A DNA stretch of 64,000 bases from an uncultured Verrucomicrobiota bacterium (GTDB taxonomy: Bacteria; Verrucomicrobiota; Verrucomicrobiia; JABWAM01): assembly GCA_964475835.1 (NCBI GenBank), contig CAYYYL010000011.1, positions 22,494 through 86,493 of the forward strand, given 5' to 3'. Below, piece by piece: positions 10,815-20,965 of the stretch (the first letter of the stretch is position 1; each line of letters begins with the position of its first letter). Both the position numbers and the translations under genes were made by a program. Below the pieces are notes generated by a model that worked only from the letters and a program-made list of their open reading frames with translations, was not told the origin of the DNA and did not search any database.

Positions 10815-10891
10815 GATTCTTCGCTTCGTTCAGAATGACGCAGTTTTGGATTCGCCGACAGATGGTGTCATTCTGAGCGAAGCGAAGAATC
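10815..10891. repeat. 25-nt-arm inverted repeat (GATTCTTCGCTTCGYTCAGAATGAC family); bidirectional terminator between secG and corC
   Basis: Arms 10815..10839 and 10867..10891 are reverse complements apart from one T/C (G-U compatible) with 27-nt spacer; 3' arm encodes last 7 codons + stop of corC; third copy at 33816..33840. Confidence 0.7.
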
Positions 10892-12238
10892 CCTCTGCTT
10901 TTCTTCAGCGGCATGCTTCATCTGACGCACGTCCACCTGCACCACCTGACGTCCCGTGGTGCGAACCACGGTGAATTCATAACCTTCAGCCATGCGCGAT
11001 TCACCTGCCTGGGGAACGTGTCCGAATTCCTTGACGAGGTACCCTCCCACGGTGGTCACATCCTCTGCGCTCAAATGGATATCGAGCAACTCCTCCAGGT
11101 CGTGTAAGGGAAGCTCCCCATGGAGTCGATATTCCCCATTGGGCAGGCGCTGAAACATCAATGCCTCCTGATCGAACTCATCCTGGATATCCCCCACAAT
11201 CTCCTCGAGAATGTTTTCAAGCGTCACCATCCCGACAACGGTCCCGTACTCATCGACCAGAATCGCCAGATGCACCCGCCGCTTCAAAAACGTGCTCAGG
11301 AGTCGTTCCAAAGGCATCGTTTCAGGCACAAACAGAACATCCCGTTTGATCGATGAAATATTCGCCTGCTCCTTCTGATCCTGCACCAGCCACATCAGGT
11401 CCTTGAGGTGCACCATGCCGACAATCTGGTCGATATTGCCGTCACAAAGCGGGAATCGGCTGTGCCCGGATTGACGGGCAAGTTTCAGATTTTCCTGAAT
11501 GGGACGTTTCGTGGAAAGGAAAACAATCTTCGTCCGATGGAGCATCACCTGACGGGCTTTGCGACGGCGAAGATCCAGGGCATTCAGGAGCAGGGAGCCG
11601 GCCACCTTGGTAAGCTTTCGATTCTTGCTCGATTCTTCCAGAAGGGTGCGTAATTCCTCGGCGCTGTGGGCGGCGGCATGTTCATCCACGGGTTGTAGCC
11701 CAATCAGTTTGAGAACCCCCAGCGAGGAGGTATTGAGCAGCCATATGGCCGGATAGATGAGCACATGGAATACGCGCAGAGGCCACGCGATCCAGAGACA
11801 GGTCTCCTCGGCGAGCTGAATCGCCAAGACCTTCGGAGCCTGTTCCCCCACCACAATGTGCAGGAAGGTGATCAACGCAAACACCAGGACGGAGGAGCCG
11901 AGATGCACCAGAACCGGACTCAAATCAAGCGGGCGAAAGAGAAAGAAAAAAAGATGAGCCAGCGCCTGTTCTCCAAGCCAGCCGAGACCGAGGCTGGCCA
12001 TCGTGATGCCCAGCTGAGCCGCGGAAAGATAGGAGTTCATCTCATCCATCAAGGTCAGGGTGAGCCGGGCGCCGAACCGACCCTGATCCGCCCATTGCTG
12101 AATGCGGGTGCGACGCGCCTTGACGAGGGAGAATTCCGCCGCGACGAAAAAAGCGTTCAACAAAACCAGAACCGCCACGCCCAAGAGCTTCGTGATGGTC
12201 CAAAACAGATCATCCATCCACGAATCAAACGGGTTCAA
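10868..12238 (-). CDS. corC: HlyC/CorC (CNNM) family divalent-cation transporter, DUF21-CBS pair-CorC_HlyC
   Basis: 456 aa; N-terminal DUF21 membrane domain (FFVAAEFSLVKARRTRIQ), tandem CBS, C-terminal transporter-associated domain. Confidence 0.85.
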   Translation of the reverse strand: MNPFDSWMDDLFWTITKLLGVAVLVLLNAFFVAAEFSLVKARRTRIQQWADQGRFGARLTLTLMDEMNSYLSAAQLGITMASLGLGWLGEQALAHLFFFLFRPLDLSPVLVHLGSSVLVFALITFLHIVVGEQAPKVLAIQLAEETCLWIAWPLRVFHVLIYPAIWLLNTSSLGVLKLIGLQPVDEHAAAHSAEELRTLLEESSKNRKLTKVAGSLLLNALDLRRRKARQVMLHRTKIVFLSTKRPIQENLKLARQSGHSRFPLCDGNIDQIVGMVHLKDLMWLVQDQKEQANISSIKRDVLFVPETMPLERLLSTFLKRRVHLAILVDEYGTVVGMVTLENILEEIVGDIQDEFDQEALMFQRLPNGEYRLHGELPLHDLEELLDIHLSAEDVTTVGGYLVKEFGHVPQAGESRMAEGYEFTVVRTTGRQVVQVDVRQMKHAAEEKQRDSSLRSE

Positions 12239-12604
12239 CGTTTAAAGTTCAAGGCGGATTGAGCTCAAAGTTCTGAAACGCTAAACGCCACCAAAAGACC
12301 TCCCGCATTGAACTCAGAACTTTTCACTTTGAACCAGAAAAGTGCCGGGCAACCGCGGCAGATGAAAGTCAAACTACCGTTGCTGTCTTCCGACCCTGGC
12401 GGGGTTCGTCAGCCCTCATTCCACGGCGCCCGGCAACTAACAAGCATAGCCAAAGAGATCGGAAAACCAAGGAATTTAACCACAGAGCTGACGGGCAAGG
12501 AAATCAGAAGGAACCACCGATTAGCGCAGATTGACACAGATTTTTTCTACATGGAAAGATTGCCGATGCAGCATGGCTGCATCGGCAAATTTCGCTCCTG
12601 TTTT

Positions 12605-14146
12605 TTAATCTGGGCTTATCTGCGTGGGATGCAAAAAACGCCAGAGTATTTCTGCGCTCTTTTTCCCAAAACCTTCCACCTTTTGAAGCTCCTCCACACC
12701 CGCTTCGCGCACCTTTTCAAGAGAGCCGAATTTTTTCAAGAGAGCAGCCTTCCGCCTGGCGCCGAGTCCGGGAAGTTCGTCGAGCATCGAAAACCGGATC
12801 TGTTTTTTCCTCCAGCCTTCATGCAGCGTGTTCGCAAAACGATGCGCTTCATCACGAATCCTCTGCAACAATTGCAAAGCCGGTGACGAAGGCGGCAGCT
12901 TCAATGGCTCGTCACGGTCCGGAAGATAAATTTCCTCTTCATCTTTCGCGAGCCCCGCCACGCGAAGCTCCACTCCCACGGCTTTCAACGCCATGAGCGC
13001 CACATTGAGCTGACCCCGGCCTCCATCGATCAACACGAGATCGGGAAGCAGTTTCCCCTCCTCCTTCAATCGGCGGTAGCGCCGTCCCACAATCTCACGC
13101 ATCGAGGCAAAGTCGTCATTCTGCACAAACGCTTTCGAAACGGTCGCGGATCTCAGCACCCTCCCGGTCCGGGCGTCGCGATCCTCCACCATGACCCCCT
13201 TGATCTTGAAATGACGATATTTCGCCTTGGCCGGACGTCCGTTCACAAAATGCACCATCGATCCCACGGTGTGTTGTCCGTAGATGTGGGAAATATCAAA
13301 TCCCTCGATGATTCTGGGAGGCTTCGGAAGGTTCAGGGCTTCCGCGAGCGCGACAAGTTCTCCATCGAAATCCCGAATCCGTGGCATGTCCCTTTTAAAT
13401 TTTCGCGCGCTCTGCTTCACCGTGGTTCGCAAATCGTGCAGCGCATCGCGCAGGACGGCCGCTTTTTCATAATCCCTTCGTGCAGCAGCTTTGCGCATCA
13501 ATTCCTCGAGATCCTGCAACGCAACTTCATCCTTCCCCTCAAGAAAGGAACAGGAACGCTCCACTAAGGCGTGATAGTCCTCCGGACTGATCCGGTTCAT
13601 GCAGGGCGCGGAACAGTGTTTCAGAATATCATTCATGCAATGCTTGTAATCTTTCTCGCCCGGTTCGGTGGGAAGACACGCCCGGATGTGAAAGGTCTTC
13701 CGGATGTACTCCAGCGTGTTGCGCAAGGCTGAGGAATGAATGAAGGGACCAAAGTAACGGCATCCATCGGGCTTTTGTAATCGGGTGAGCACAAACCTCG
13801 GAAAGGGATCACGCGTCAACTTCACCATCAGGAAGCGTTTGTCATCACGAAACGAGATATTGTACCTCGGGCGATACTGCTTGATGAGCTTACCCTCGAG
13901 GAGGATGGCTTCGGTTTCGTTCTTCACCTCGAATGTCTCGATGTCGGCCACCATCGATACGAGGGCGCGCGTCTTGGGGTCCAGCTGGTGATAGCGCCCG
14001 GGCTGAAAATAGGACCGTACGCGTTTGTTCAGCGCCTTGGCCTTTCCGACATAGATGACCCGCCCCAGTTTGTCGCGCATCAGATAGACGCCGGGACGGC
14101 TGGAAAGCCGGGAGAGCCTTTCACGGATGACATTCGAAAATTCCAT
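12605..14146 (-). CDS. uvrC: excinuclease ABC subunit C
   Basis: 513 aa; N-terminal GIY-YIG (PGVYLMRDKLGRVIYVGKAKALNKRVRSYF), C-terminal (HhH)2; shorter than the ~600 aa I would expect for UvrC. Confidence 0.85.
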   Translation of the reverse strand: MEFSNVIRERLSRLSSRPGVYLMRDKLGRVIYVGKAKALNKRVRSYFQPGRYHQLDPKTRALVSMVADIETFEVKNETEAILLEGKLIKQYRPRYNISFRDDKRFLMVKLTRDPFPRFVLTRLQKPDGCRYFGPFIHSSALRNTLEYIRKTFHIRACLPTEPGEKDYKHCMNDILKHCSAPCMNRISPEDYHALVERSCSFLEGKDEVALQDLEELMRKAAARRDYEKAAVLRDALHDLRTTVKQSARKFKRDMPRIRDFDGELVALAEALNLPKPPRIIEGFDISHIYGQHTVGSMVHFVNGRPAKAKYRHFKIKGVMVEDRDARTGRVLRSATVSKAFVQNDDFASMREIVGRRYRRLKEEGKLLPDLVLIDGGRGQLNVALMALKAVGVELRVAGLAKDEEEIYLPDRDEPLKLPPSSPALQLLQRIRDEAHRFANTLHEGWRKKQIRFSMLDELPGLGARRKAALLKKFGSLEKVREAGVEELQKVEGFGKKSAEILWRFLHPTQISPD

Positions 14147-14183
14147 GTAAAATCACGCTGGACGACCAGCGGAAACATCCATT

Positions 14184-15788
14184 CTATCTCGAAACACGCT
14201 TCCAGCCAAATTTCTTCAGGACCGAGCGTTCTACATCCAGCACCTCGTCCAATTTCAGGAAACGCGCCATCACCGTGTAGACCAACCCACCTACAAAAAC
14301 CCCGACAATGACACGGCTCATGTCGCCCCAAAAGGAGTCTTTCACTCCAAAATAGGCATGCAAAAATAAGGTGGCATACACAAACAAACTCATCACGACC
14401 GCAGAGAGCATCATTTTTCCACATGCAATCCATGTTTGTCGGCTGAGCCCACCCAAAAGACGGGAAAGGATCGCAAGAAGAATACCGCCATTTAGAAGTG
14501 CCATGATCGATGTTGCCAATGCAAGACCCTCTGCGCCGAGGTCGGTTTTTGTGACAAAAAACCAGTTCAAACAGGTCGTCCCCACAATCGAAGCGAGAGA
14601 AACACGCATGGGAATCGATGCCCGTCCAAGCGCATAAAACGCGGGCGCCAATACCTTGATGGACGCATACCCCACCAATCCAAGCGTGTACGCGATCAGA
14701 ACGTGCGCCGTTCGTCCGGTTGCATATGCGTCAAAACGAAGATGCTCGAAAAGCATCGCGATGAGAGGAACGCTGAGGAGGGCCAAACCGAAAGCGGCCG
14801 GAATGCAAAGCGCGGCATTCAAACGCAACGCGCTCTCAAGACGTTCGCGAAATGCCGTTTTTGTTTTATCCGAGGATGAGGCGTCAACGGCCAGTCCCGG
14901 AAGAGAGACGGTGCTGATCGCCACGCCAAACATGCCAATGGGCAGCTGCACAAGGCGAAACCCATACGCAAGCCATGTCATACTGCCCGTCTCAAGGTAG
15001 GATGCAAACATGGCGTTGATCAGAACGTTGATCTGTACCGCGGAAACTCCGATGACAGCCGGCGCCATGAGTTTGCCGATTTCGCGCACACCCGTATCGC
15101 TGAGATTCCATTCGGGACGATACACAAACCCCAACTTGCGAAGCGTTGGCACTTGAATCAGCCATTGGAGGGCTCCCCCCGCCACAGATCCAACCGCCAT
15201 GCAAAGCATTGCCGTTTCGCCAAACTTTGGATCGTAGATGAGTGCGAGACCAAGACCGATGACAATGGAGCCGAGATTAAAAAAAGAAGAGGCCGAGGCA
15301 GGCAATCCAAAATAGCCGAAGGCATTGAGGATGCCCATTGTCAGGGCCGCCATTCCCACAAGCAGAATGAATGGAAAAAGAATCTGAGTCAGCCTCACCG
15401 TCAGCTCAAATTTCTCCGGATATTGGATGTAACCACGAGCGATGAAGGTGACGATGGGCCGCGCATAAATAATCCCAAGCACCACGAGAGTCCCAAGCAC
15501 GACATATTGGATCGTGATCATCCGCCGCGCGAGCGCCCAGGCACTCTCATTGCCGTCACGCGCTTTTTTGCGCGCAAAAACCGTCACAAAAGCGGTGGAA
15601 AGCGCGCCTTCCGCAAACAGATCGCGCAACATGTTGGGAATACGAAAAGCCATCTGAAAGGCGTCGTTGATCCAGGTCGCTCCAAAACAAAACGCAAACA
15701 CCTGGTCCCGCAATAGACCAAGGATGCGGCTGAACATGATGGCAAGGCTCACCTTTCCCGCCGAACGCATCATCTTTCCATGAGACAT
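14184..15788 (-). CDS. murJ: lipid II flippase MurJ (MviN)
   Basis: 534 aa polytopic; LAIMFSRILGLLRDQVFAFCFGATWINDAFQMAFRIPNMLRDLFAEGALSTAF is a textbook MurJ N-terminus. Confidence 0.9.
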   Translation of the reverse strand: MSHGKMMRSAGKVSLAIMFSRILGLLRDQVFAFCFGATWINDAFQMAFRIPNMLRDLFAEGALSTAFVTVFARKKARDGNESAWALARRMITIQYVVLGTLVVLGIIYARPIVTFIARGYIQYPEKFELTVRLTQILFPFILLVGMAALTMGILNAFGYFGLPASASSFFNLGSIVIGLGLALIYDPKFGETAMLCMAVGSVAGGALQWLIQVPTLRKLGFVYRPEWNLSDTGVREIGKLMAPAVIGVSAVQINVLINAMFASYLETGSMTWLAYGFRLVQLPIGMFGVAISTVSLPGLAVDASSSDKTKTAFRERLESALRLNAALCIPAAFGLALLSVPLIAMLFEHLRFDAYATGRTAHVLIAYTLGLVGYASIKVLAPAFYALGRASIPMRVSLASIVGTTCLNWFFVTKTDLGAEGLALATSIMALLNGGILLAILSRLLGGLSRQTWIACGKMMLSAVVMSLFVYATLFLHAYFGVKDSFWGDMSRVIVGVFVGGLVYTVMARFLKLDEVLDVERSVLKKFGWKRVSR

Positions 15789-16016
15789 CGGTCCACGTTA
15801 ACACAATTTGGGATGCCTGTATTCCATTTTATGGATGACTTTAAAACAGAATGACATCCATTAACGTGAACAATGAATCCGTCGATCCATACCTCCCCCT
15901 CGCCCCTCCTGCAAAGGAGGGGCTGGAGGGAGGTATTTCACAAAACACAGATTCATTCTCACCAATAGACTTGACGAAATCTCCTTCCATCCCAAAGCAT
16001 TCCCCTAGAGACCACG

Positions 16017-17699
16017 ATGAGCTGTTTTTCCTTTTTCCGACCCCGGTTGGTTGACTGCCTGACCAAATATTCCTTCCAAAAACTTTTGGCTGACCTTTCC
16101 GCAGGGCTGACCGTGGGTATCGTGGCCCTCCCGCTCGCCATGGCATTCGCCATCGCCTCCGGGGTCAAACCCGAGGCCGGCATCTTCACCGCAGTTATCG
16201 CCGGTTTTCTGATCTCCGCCCTGGGGGGATCCCGTGTTCAAATCGGCGGCCCCACGGGGGCGTTTGTCGTCATCGTATACGGCATCATCAACAAATATGG
16301 CCTGGATAACCTTGCCATTTGCACTGTGATGGCGGGGGTGATCCTGGTCATCATGGGGGCCTCGCGCCTCGGCACGATGATCAAATTCATCCCTTATCCC
16401 GTGACGAGCGGATTCACCACTGGCATCGCCGTTCTGATCGCATCCATGGAGATCAGGGATTTCTTCGGTCTCAAAATCGAGCATCTGCCTGCCGAATTTT
16501 TCGAAAAGATGGCCGCGATTGTGAAACACTTCGACACACTCGACATCCCCACGCTCCTTCTTTCGACCGCTTCCCTGCTCGTGATCCTGCTGTGGCCCAA
16601 GGCATGGCAGAAAAAAATCCCGGGATCCATCGTTGCCGTGATCCTCGCCACTCTCGCCGTCAAAATGGGCCTTTTTGCCGGTCATCCCGTGGAAACCATC
16701 GGAAGCAAATTTGGAGGCATTCCCCAGCAACTCCCTCATTTTCATTTCCCGGACTTGTCCTGGTACAACATTCAATATCTCTTCGCACCGGCCACCACCA
16801 TCGCCCTACTTGCCGCCATTGAATCCCTTCTCTCTGCCGTCGTTGCCGACGGCATGACAGATGATCGTCACGATTCGAATCAGGAACTGATGGCCCAGGG
16901 CATCGCCAACATCGTCTGTCCGTTCTTTGGCGGCATTCCTGCCACCGGAGCCATCGCCCGGACGGCGACGAACATCAAAAATGGCGCGGTGTCCCCCATC
17001 GCGGGGATCATCCACGCGCTTACCCTGTTGCTGATTATTCTTGTGGCTGCACCCCTTGCAAAATATATCCCACTCGCCACCCTCGCAGCCGTCCTGTTGG
17101 TGGTAGCCTTCAACATGGGGGAATGGCATGAACTCAAACGACTGCCCAAACTTCCCCGGAGTGATGGCGCGGTGCTTTTGACGGCGTTCGCTTTGACCGT
17201 GACCATCGACCTGCCTGTGGCGGTGGGGATTGGCATGGTGCTTGCCTCCGTGCTCTTCATCAAACGCGTCTCCGAAACCACGCAGATCACCGCCGTGGAC
17301 GAGCGGGAGGATTCGGAAGCTCCGCAGTTCAGCATCACGGGTAAAACGATTCCTCCTGGAGTCACCGTCTACCGCATCTTCGGAGCGTTTCTTTTTGGTG
17401 CCGCGGAAAAACTGGAGACTTCCCTCAAACGCGCGGGACAGGAGCCCCTGGTCCTAATCCTCGAGGTTCACAAAGTGATGGCCATGGATGCCACGGGGCT
17501 CAATGCCCTGGAAAGCCTTTACGAACGCCTTCAACGCCGGCACAAGCAACTGATCCTCGTGGGGCCGCATACCCAGCCCTACATGGTGATGAGCAATGCC
17601 GGATTCCTCGACCGGCTTGGAGCGGAAAACGTCGTTGCCGACATGGATGCCGGTCTTGCTCGAGCCCATACTCTTTTAAAATCTCCTTCTGGAACATGA
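16017..17699 (+). CDS. SulP-family anion (sulfate/bicarbonate) permease with C-terminal STAS domain
   Basis: 560 aa; SulP signature region LSAGLTVGIVALPLAMAFAIASGV; C-terminal STAS (VLILEVHKVMAMDATGLNALESL); stop overlaps next start (ATGA). Confidence 0.85.
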   Translation: MSCFSFFRPRLVDCLTKYSFQKLLADLSAGLTVGIVALPLAMAFAIASGVKPEAGIFTAVIAGFLISALGGSRVQIGGPTGAFVVIVYGIINKYGLDNLAICTVMAGVILVIMGASRLGTMIKFIPYPVTSGFTTGIAVLIASMEIRDFFGLKIEHLPAEFFEKMAAIVKHFDTLDIPTLLLSTASLLVILLWPKAWQKKIPGSIVAVILATLAVKMGLFAGHPVETIGSKFGGIPQQLPHFHFPDLSWYNIQYLFAPATTIALLAAIESLLSAVVADGMTDDRHDSNQELMAQGIANIVCPFFGGIPATGAIARTATNIKNGAVSPIAGIIHALTLLLIILVAAPLAKYIPLATLAAVLLVVAFNMGEWHELKRLPKLPRSDGAVLLTAFALTVTIDLPVAVGIGMVLASVLFIKRVSETTQITAVDEREDSEAPQFSITGKTIPPGVTVYRIFGAFLFGAAEKLETSLKRAGQEPLVLILEVHKVMAMDATGLNALESLYERLQRRHKQLILVGPHTQPYMVMSNAGFLDRLGAENVVADMDAGLARAHTLLKSPSGT

Positions 17700-20074
17700 T
17701 CGAGAGTTTGTGGAATGAAGCACTGAAGCACTGGCAGCGCGGGGAGACAGACGCCTCGCTTCAATGCTGCCAGCGCATCCTGGAACAGGATAACACCCAC
17801 GCCGGTGCGCACCACATGCGGGCATTGATTGCATTTCGTCAGGGTGACTGGCAGACCGCGTCCACGGAAGCAGCCGCCGCCATTAAGGCTTTTCCCGACA
17901 ATCCCCACTTTCATAACACTCATGGGGCGGCGCTTATCGAATGGAAACATTTTGATCTGGCGCAGCAGGCGTTTCAGTCCGCCATCCGACTGGATCCGAA
18001 TCATGCCGAAGCGCACAATAACCTTGGAAATCTTCTCAAGGGGAAAAATGATCTGTCCAAGGCTCTCTTTCACTACGAAGCCGCCTGCCGGAGTCGTCCC
18101 GAATATCACGAAGCATGGCACAACCGCGGAGTCGTTCATCTTTTAAAAGGGGATTGGAACAAAGCCATTTCCCATCTGCAACGCGCGCTGGAACTGAACC
18201 CCGATGACCCGGAAACCCTTCTCTGTCTTGGAACCTGTTTGAGTGAACAAGGAAACCTCAAGGAGGCGGAACCTCTTCTTCGCAAGGCCCTTGTCCAAAA
18301 AGGAGGCACCCCTGAAATCCTCCATGAACTCGCACTGACCCTTCAGCGGCTGAATCGCCACAGCGAAGCCATTGGATACTATCGCCAGCTGGTTGAACAA
18401 AAGCCGGAGGATTTCGGCGTCCTGAACAATCTCGGTCTTTCCCTGTACTCCGCAGGCCTTCTGGAAGAGGCGATCGTCATTTACAAACGCTCCATCGCCC
18501 TCAATCCCGAGTTTCCAGTAACCTATCTGAACATTGGAAATCTGTACAAGGATCAGAATCGATGGGATGAGGCCCTGGCCTGTTACAAAAAGGCCCTCCA
18601 ATTCAAACCCGACTACATCGAAGCCCATAACAACATGGGGCTGATTTTCCAGATCCAGGGACATCTTCCCGCCGCCATTCAATGCTTCGACAGCGTCCTG
18701 GCCATGGTTCCCGAATTCCATGGTGCGTGCGTCAATCGCGCAAACGCCTTGAGCGAACTCGGACGTCATGAGGAAGTCATCTCCAGTCTGCGGGGCTTGA
18801 TTGCCTGTCAGCCGGACTATCATTCCGTTCATGACAACCTGTTGTTCGTCCTCAGCCATCATCCGAACATTCCACCTGAAACCATTTTTGAGGAACATCT
18901 GCGATGGGCGAAGCAGCACACACACAACCTTCCTCCCCCATTCCACTTCTACGACCATTCCCGCGATCCGGACCGCCCGCTCCGCATCGGATATCTCTCA
19001 CCTGATTTTTACGGGCATGTTGTCGCCCTCAATCTCTTTCCCATTCTCTCAAACCATGAACGGTCCCGGTTTGAAATCGTCTGTTATTCCAATACCCAGC
19101 GCGAGGACATGATCACCGAACGATTAAAGTGGCATGCAACCCTGTGGCGAAACATTCGTCATGAAACCGACGAAACTGTGTGCGAGTGGATTCGAAGCGA
19201 CCGGATCGATATCCTCATCGATCTGGCTGGACACACCGCCCACAATCGCCTCCTCGTTTTCGCCCGCAAACCCGTGCCCATTCAAATCAGTTATCTGGGC
19301 TACATTCAGACAACAGGTCTCACGCAGATCGACTACCGGTTGACCGATGAACATGGGGATCCAGAGGGCACCACCGACCCTTTTTACACTGAAAAACTGA
19401 TCCGTCTGCCGGGCAGCGCCATCTGCTACGACTCCATGCAGGGATCCCCTGAAGTCCAACCCCCGCCATTCCTCAAACAAAAAAAGATCACCTTCCTTTC
19501 ATTCAACAACCTGAACAAGATCAATGACGAGGTGATCGGCCTCTGGTCAAGACTCCTTCAGGAGGTCGAATCCTCCACACTCCTGCTCAAAGCCAAACCC
19601 TTGATTGATTCGAAGGTGGCGACTTGGATCCAGCAACGATTTGAACACCACGGCATCGATCAGCGGCGGATAGAATTCGCGGGATGGGTGGGTTCCAATC
19701 TGGAACACCTTCAATGGTACGGCAAAGGGGATATCGCCCTTGATCCGTTTCCCTTCAATGGCGGAATCACCTCCTTCGATGCCCTCTGGATGGGCGTGCC
19801 GGTAGTCACCCTGGCGGGATACCATTTCGCCTCTCGCATGGGCGTACGCCTGCTCGCCGAAATCGGCCTCAAGGAGCTCATCGCTCATTCCAAAGACGAA
19901 TACATTCAAATTGCCAGCACTCTTGCCCGGGATCCCGGGCGCCTCCAGGCCCTTCGCTCCACGCTGCGCGATCGGATCCGACAGTCCCCCCTCATGGACG
20001 GCCCAAAAACAACACAAAACCTTGAGAACGCTCTGCGACTTGCATGGACCAAATGGTGTCAGCAGACGGCATGA
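17696..20074 (+). CDS. TPR-repeat protein with C-terminal O-GlcNAc-transferase-like (GT41) glycosyltransferase domain
   Basis: 792 aa; ~11 TPR units, then GT41 catalytic core: LRIGYLSPDFYGHVVALN (His base region), DILIDLAGHTAHNRL, ALDPFPFNGGITSFDALWMGVPVVTL. Confidence 0.8.
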   Translation: MIESLWNEALKHWQRGETDASLQCCQRILEQDNTHAGAHHMRALIAFRQGDWQTASTEAAAAIKAFPDNPHFHNTHGAALIEWKHFDLAQQAFQSAIRLDPNHAEAHNNLGNLLKGKNDLSKALFHYEAACRSRPEYHEAWHNRGVVHLLKGDWNKAISHLQRALELNPDDPETLLCLGTCLSEQGNLKEAEPLLRKALVQKGGTPEILHELALTLQRLNRHSEAIGYYRQLVEQKPEDFGVLNNLGLSLYSAGLLEEAIVIYKRSIALNPEFPVTYLNIGNLYKDQNRWDEALACYKKALQFKPDYIEAHNNMGLIFQIQGHLPAAIQCFDSVLAMVPEFHGACVNRANALSELGRHEEVISSLRGLIACQPDYHSVHDNLLFVLSHHPNIPPETIFEEHLRWAKQHTHNLPPPFHFYDHSRDPDRPLRIGYLSPDFYGHVVALNLFPILSNHERSRFEIVCYSNTQREDMITERLKWHATLWRNIRHETDETVCEWIRSDRIDILIDLAGHTAHNRLLVFARKPVPIQISYLGYIQTTGLTQIDYRLTDEHGDPEGTTDPFYTEKLIRLPGSAICYDSMQGSPEVQPPPFLKQKKITFLSFNNLNKINDEVIGLWSRLLQEVESSTLLLKAKPLIDSKVATWIQQRFEHHGIDQRRIEFAGWVGSNLEHLQWYGKGDIALDPFPFNGGITSFDALWMGVPVVTLAGYHFASRMGVRLLAEIGLKELIAHSKDEYIQIASTLARDPGRLQALRSTLRDRIRQSPLMDGPKTTQNLENALRLAWTKWCQQTA

Positions 20075-20119
20075 CAGCGCATTGCATTCTCCCTGCAAGT
20101 CGTGTAACTCCATTGCATC

Positions 20120-20962
20120 TTGAATCGCGACCCTTTCTACTACTGCAATGGAAGCATCGTCCGCGCCAGCAGGGCATCCCTGAATGTCCGCGATCTTGGA
20201 GTCATTCGCGGATTCGGACTTTTTGAATCCCTTCGAACCTACGGCGGCAAACCCTTCCTTCTCGGGAAACATCTCGACCGTCTTTTTCGCGCCGCCCGCC
20301 TCATCCAACTCCCCCTGCCGCTAAACAGGAAACGGTTTGAAACCCTCACGTTTCGTCTCCTCCGGAAAAACGCGTTTCCTGACGCCCTTATCCGCATCAT
20401 CGTAACCGGCGGTCCCGCCCCATCCCTCGTTCCCCAGGGGAAAACATCCGTGGTGATTCTTGTCGATCCCTTTCACCCATTCCCCCCGGGCCAGTATCAA
20501 AAAGGTATCGCCTTGATGACCGCTCCCTTCTCCCGCATCCGTCCGGAAGTGAAATCGACCATCTACTTCGGCGCCGTTCTCAGTCATCGGAAGGCCCTTG
20601 CCCGCGGGTGTCAGGAGGCCGTTTATGTGGATTCCAAGGGTTCCATCCTTGAGGGCACCACTTACAGTGTTTGTGCCGTTCTTCCCGGTCCGCGATTGAT
20701 CATTCCCGAAGAGAGCGTTCTTCCTGGAATCACCGCCGAATGCGTCATCCGGATCGCCCGGCAGCAACACATTCCGGTGGAACGACGTCCGATCACCCGT
20801 GCCATGGGCCGCCAGGCGCTTGAAATGTTCATCACGTCGAGCAACCGCGAATTGATTCCCGTCGTCAAAGTGGATCGCCAGCGCATTGGAAATGGAAAAC
20901 CCGGACCCGTCACCCAGGAACTGCATGCCGAGTATCGGGAGATGGTCCGCAAACACGGCTGA
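20120..20962 (+). CDS. class IV (PLP fold-type IV) aminotransferase: BCAT/D-amino-acid aminotransferase/PabC-like
   Basis: 280 aa; GFGLFESLR and LxxHLxRL motifs, overall fold-type IV layout; substrate class not assignable by eye. Confidence 0.7.
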   Translation: MNRDPFYYCNGSIVRASRASLNVRDLGVIRGFGLFESLRTYGGKPFLLGKHLDRLFRAARLIQLPLPLNRKRFETLTFRLLRKNAFPDALIRIIVTGGPAPSLVPQGKTSVVILVDPFHPFPPGQYQKGIALMTAPFSRIRPEVKSTIYFGAVLSHRKALARGCQEAVYVDSKGSILEGTTYSVCAVLPGPRLIIPEESVLPGITAECVIRIARQQHIPVERRPITRAMGRQALEMFITSSNRELIPVVKVDRQRIGNGKPGPVTQELHAEYREMVRKHG

Positions 20963-20965
20963 CCC

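Noticed and set aside
10036-10974. 312-aa plus-strand Arg/Pro/His-rich ORF overlapping tpiA, secG and the corC 3' end
   Set aside because: Out-of-frame overlap with three well-supported genes. Extreme Arg/Ser/Pro bias typical of an alternate frame in GC-rich sequence.
12308-12886. 192-aa plus-strand ORF in the uvrC-corC intergenic region
   Set aside because: The second half is antisense to uvrC. No motif. The region is better explained by regulatory hairpins.
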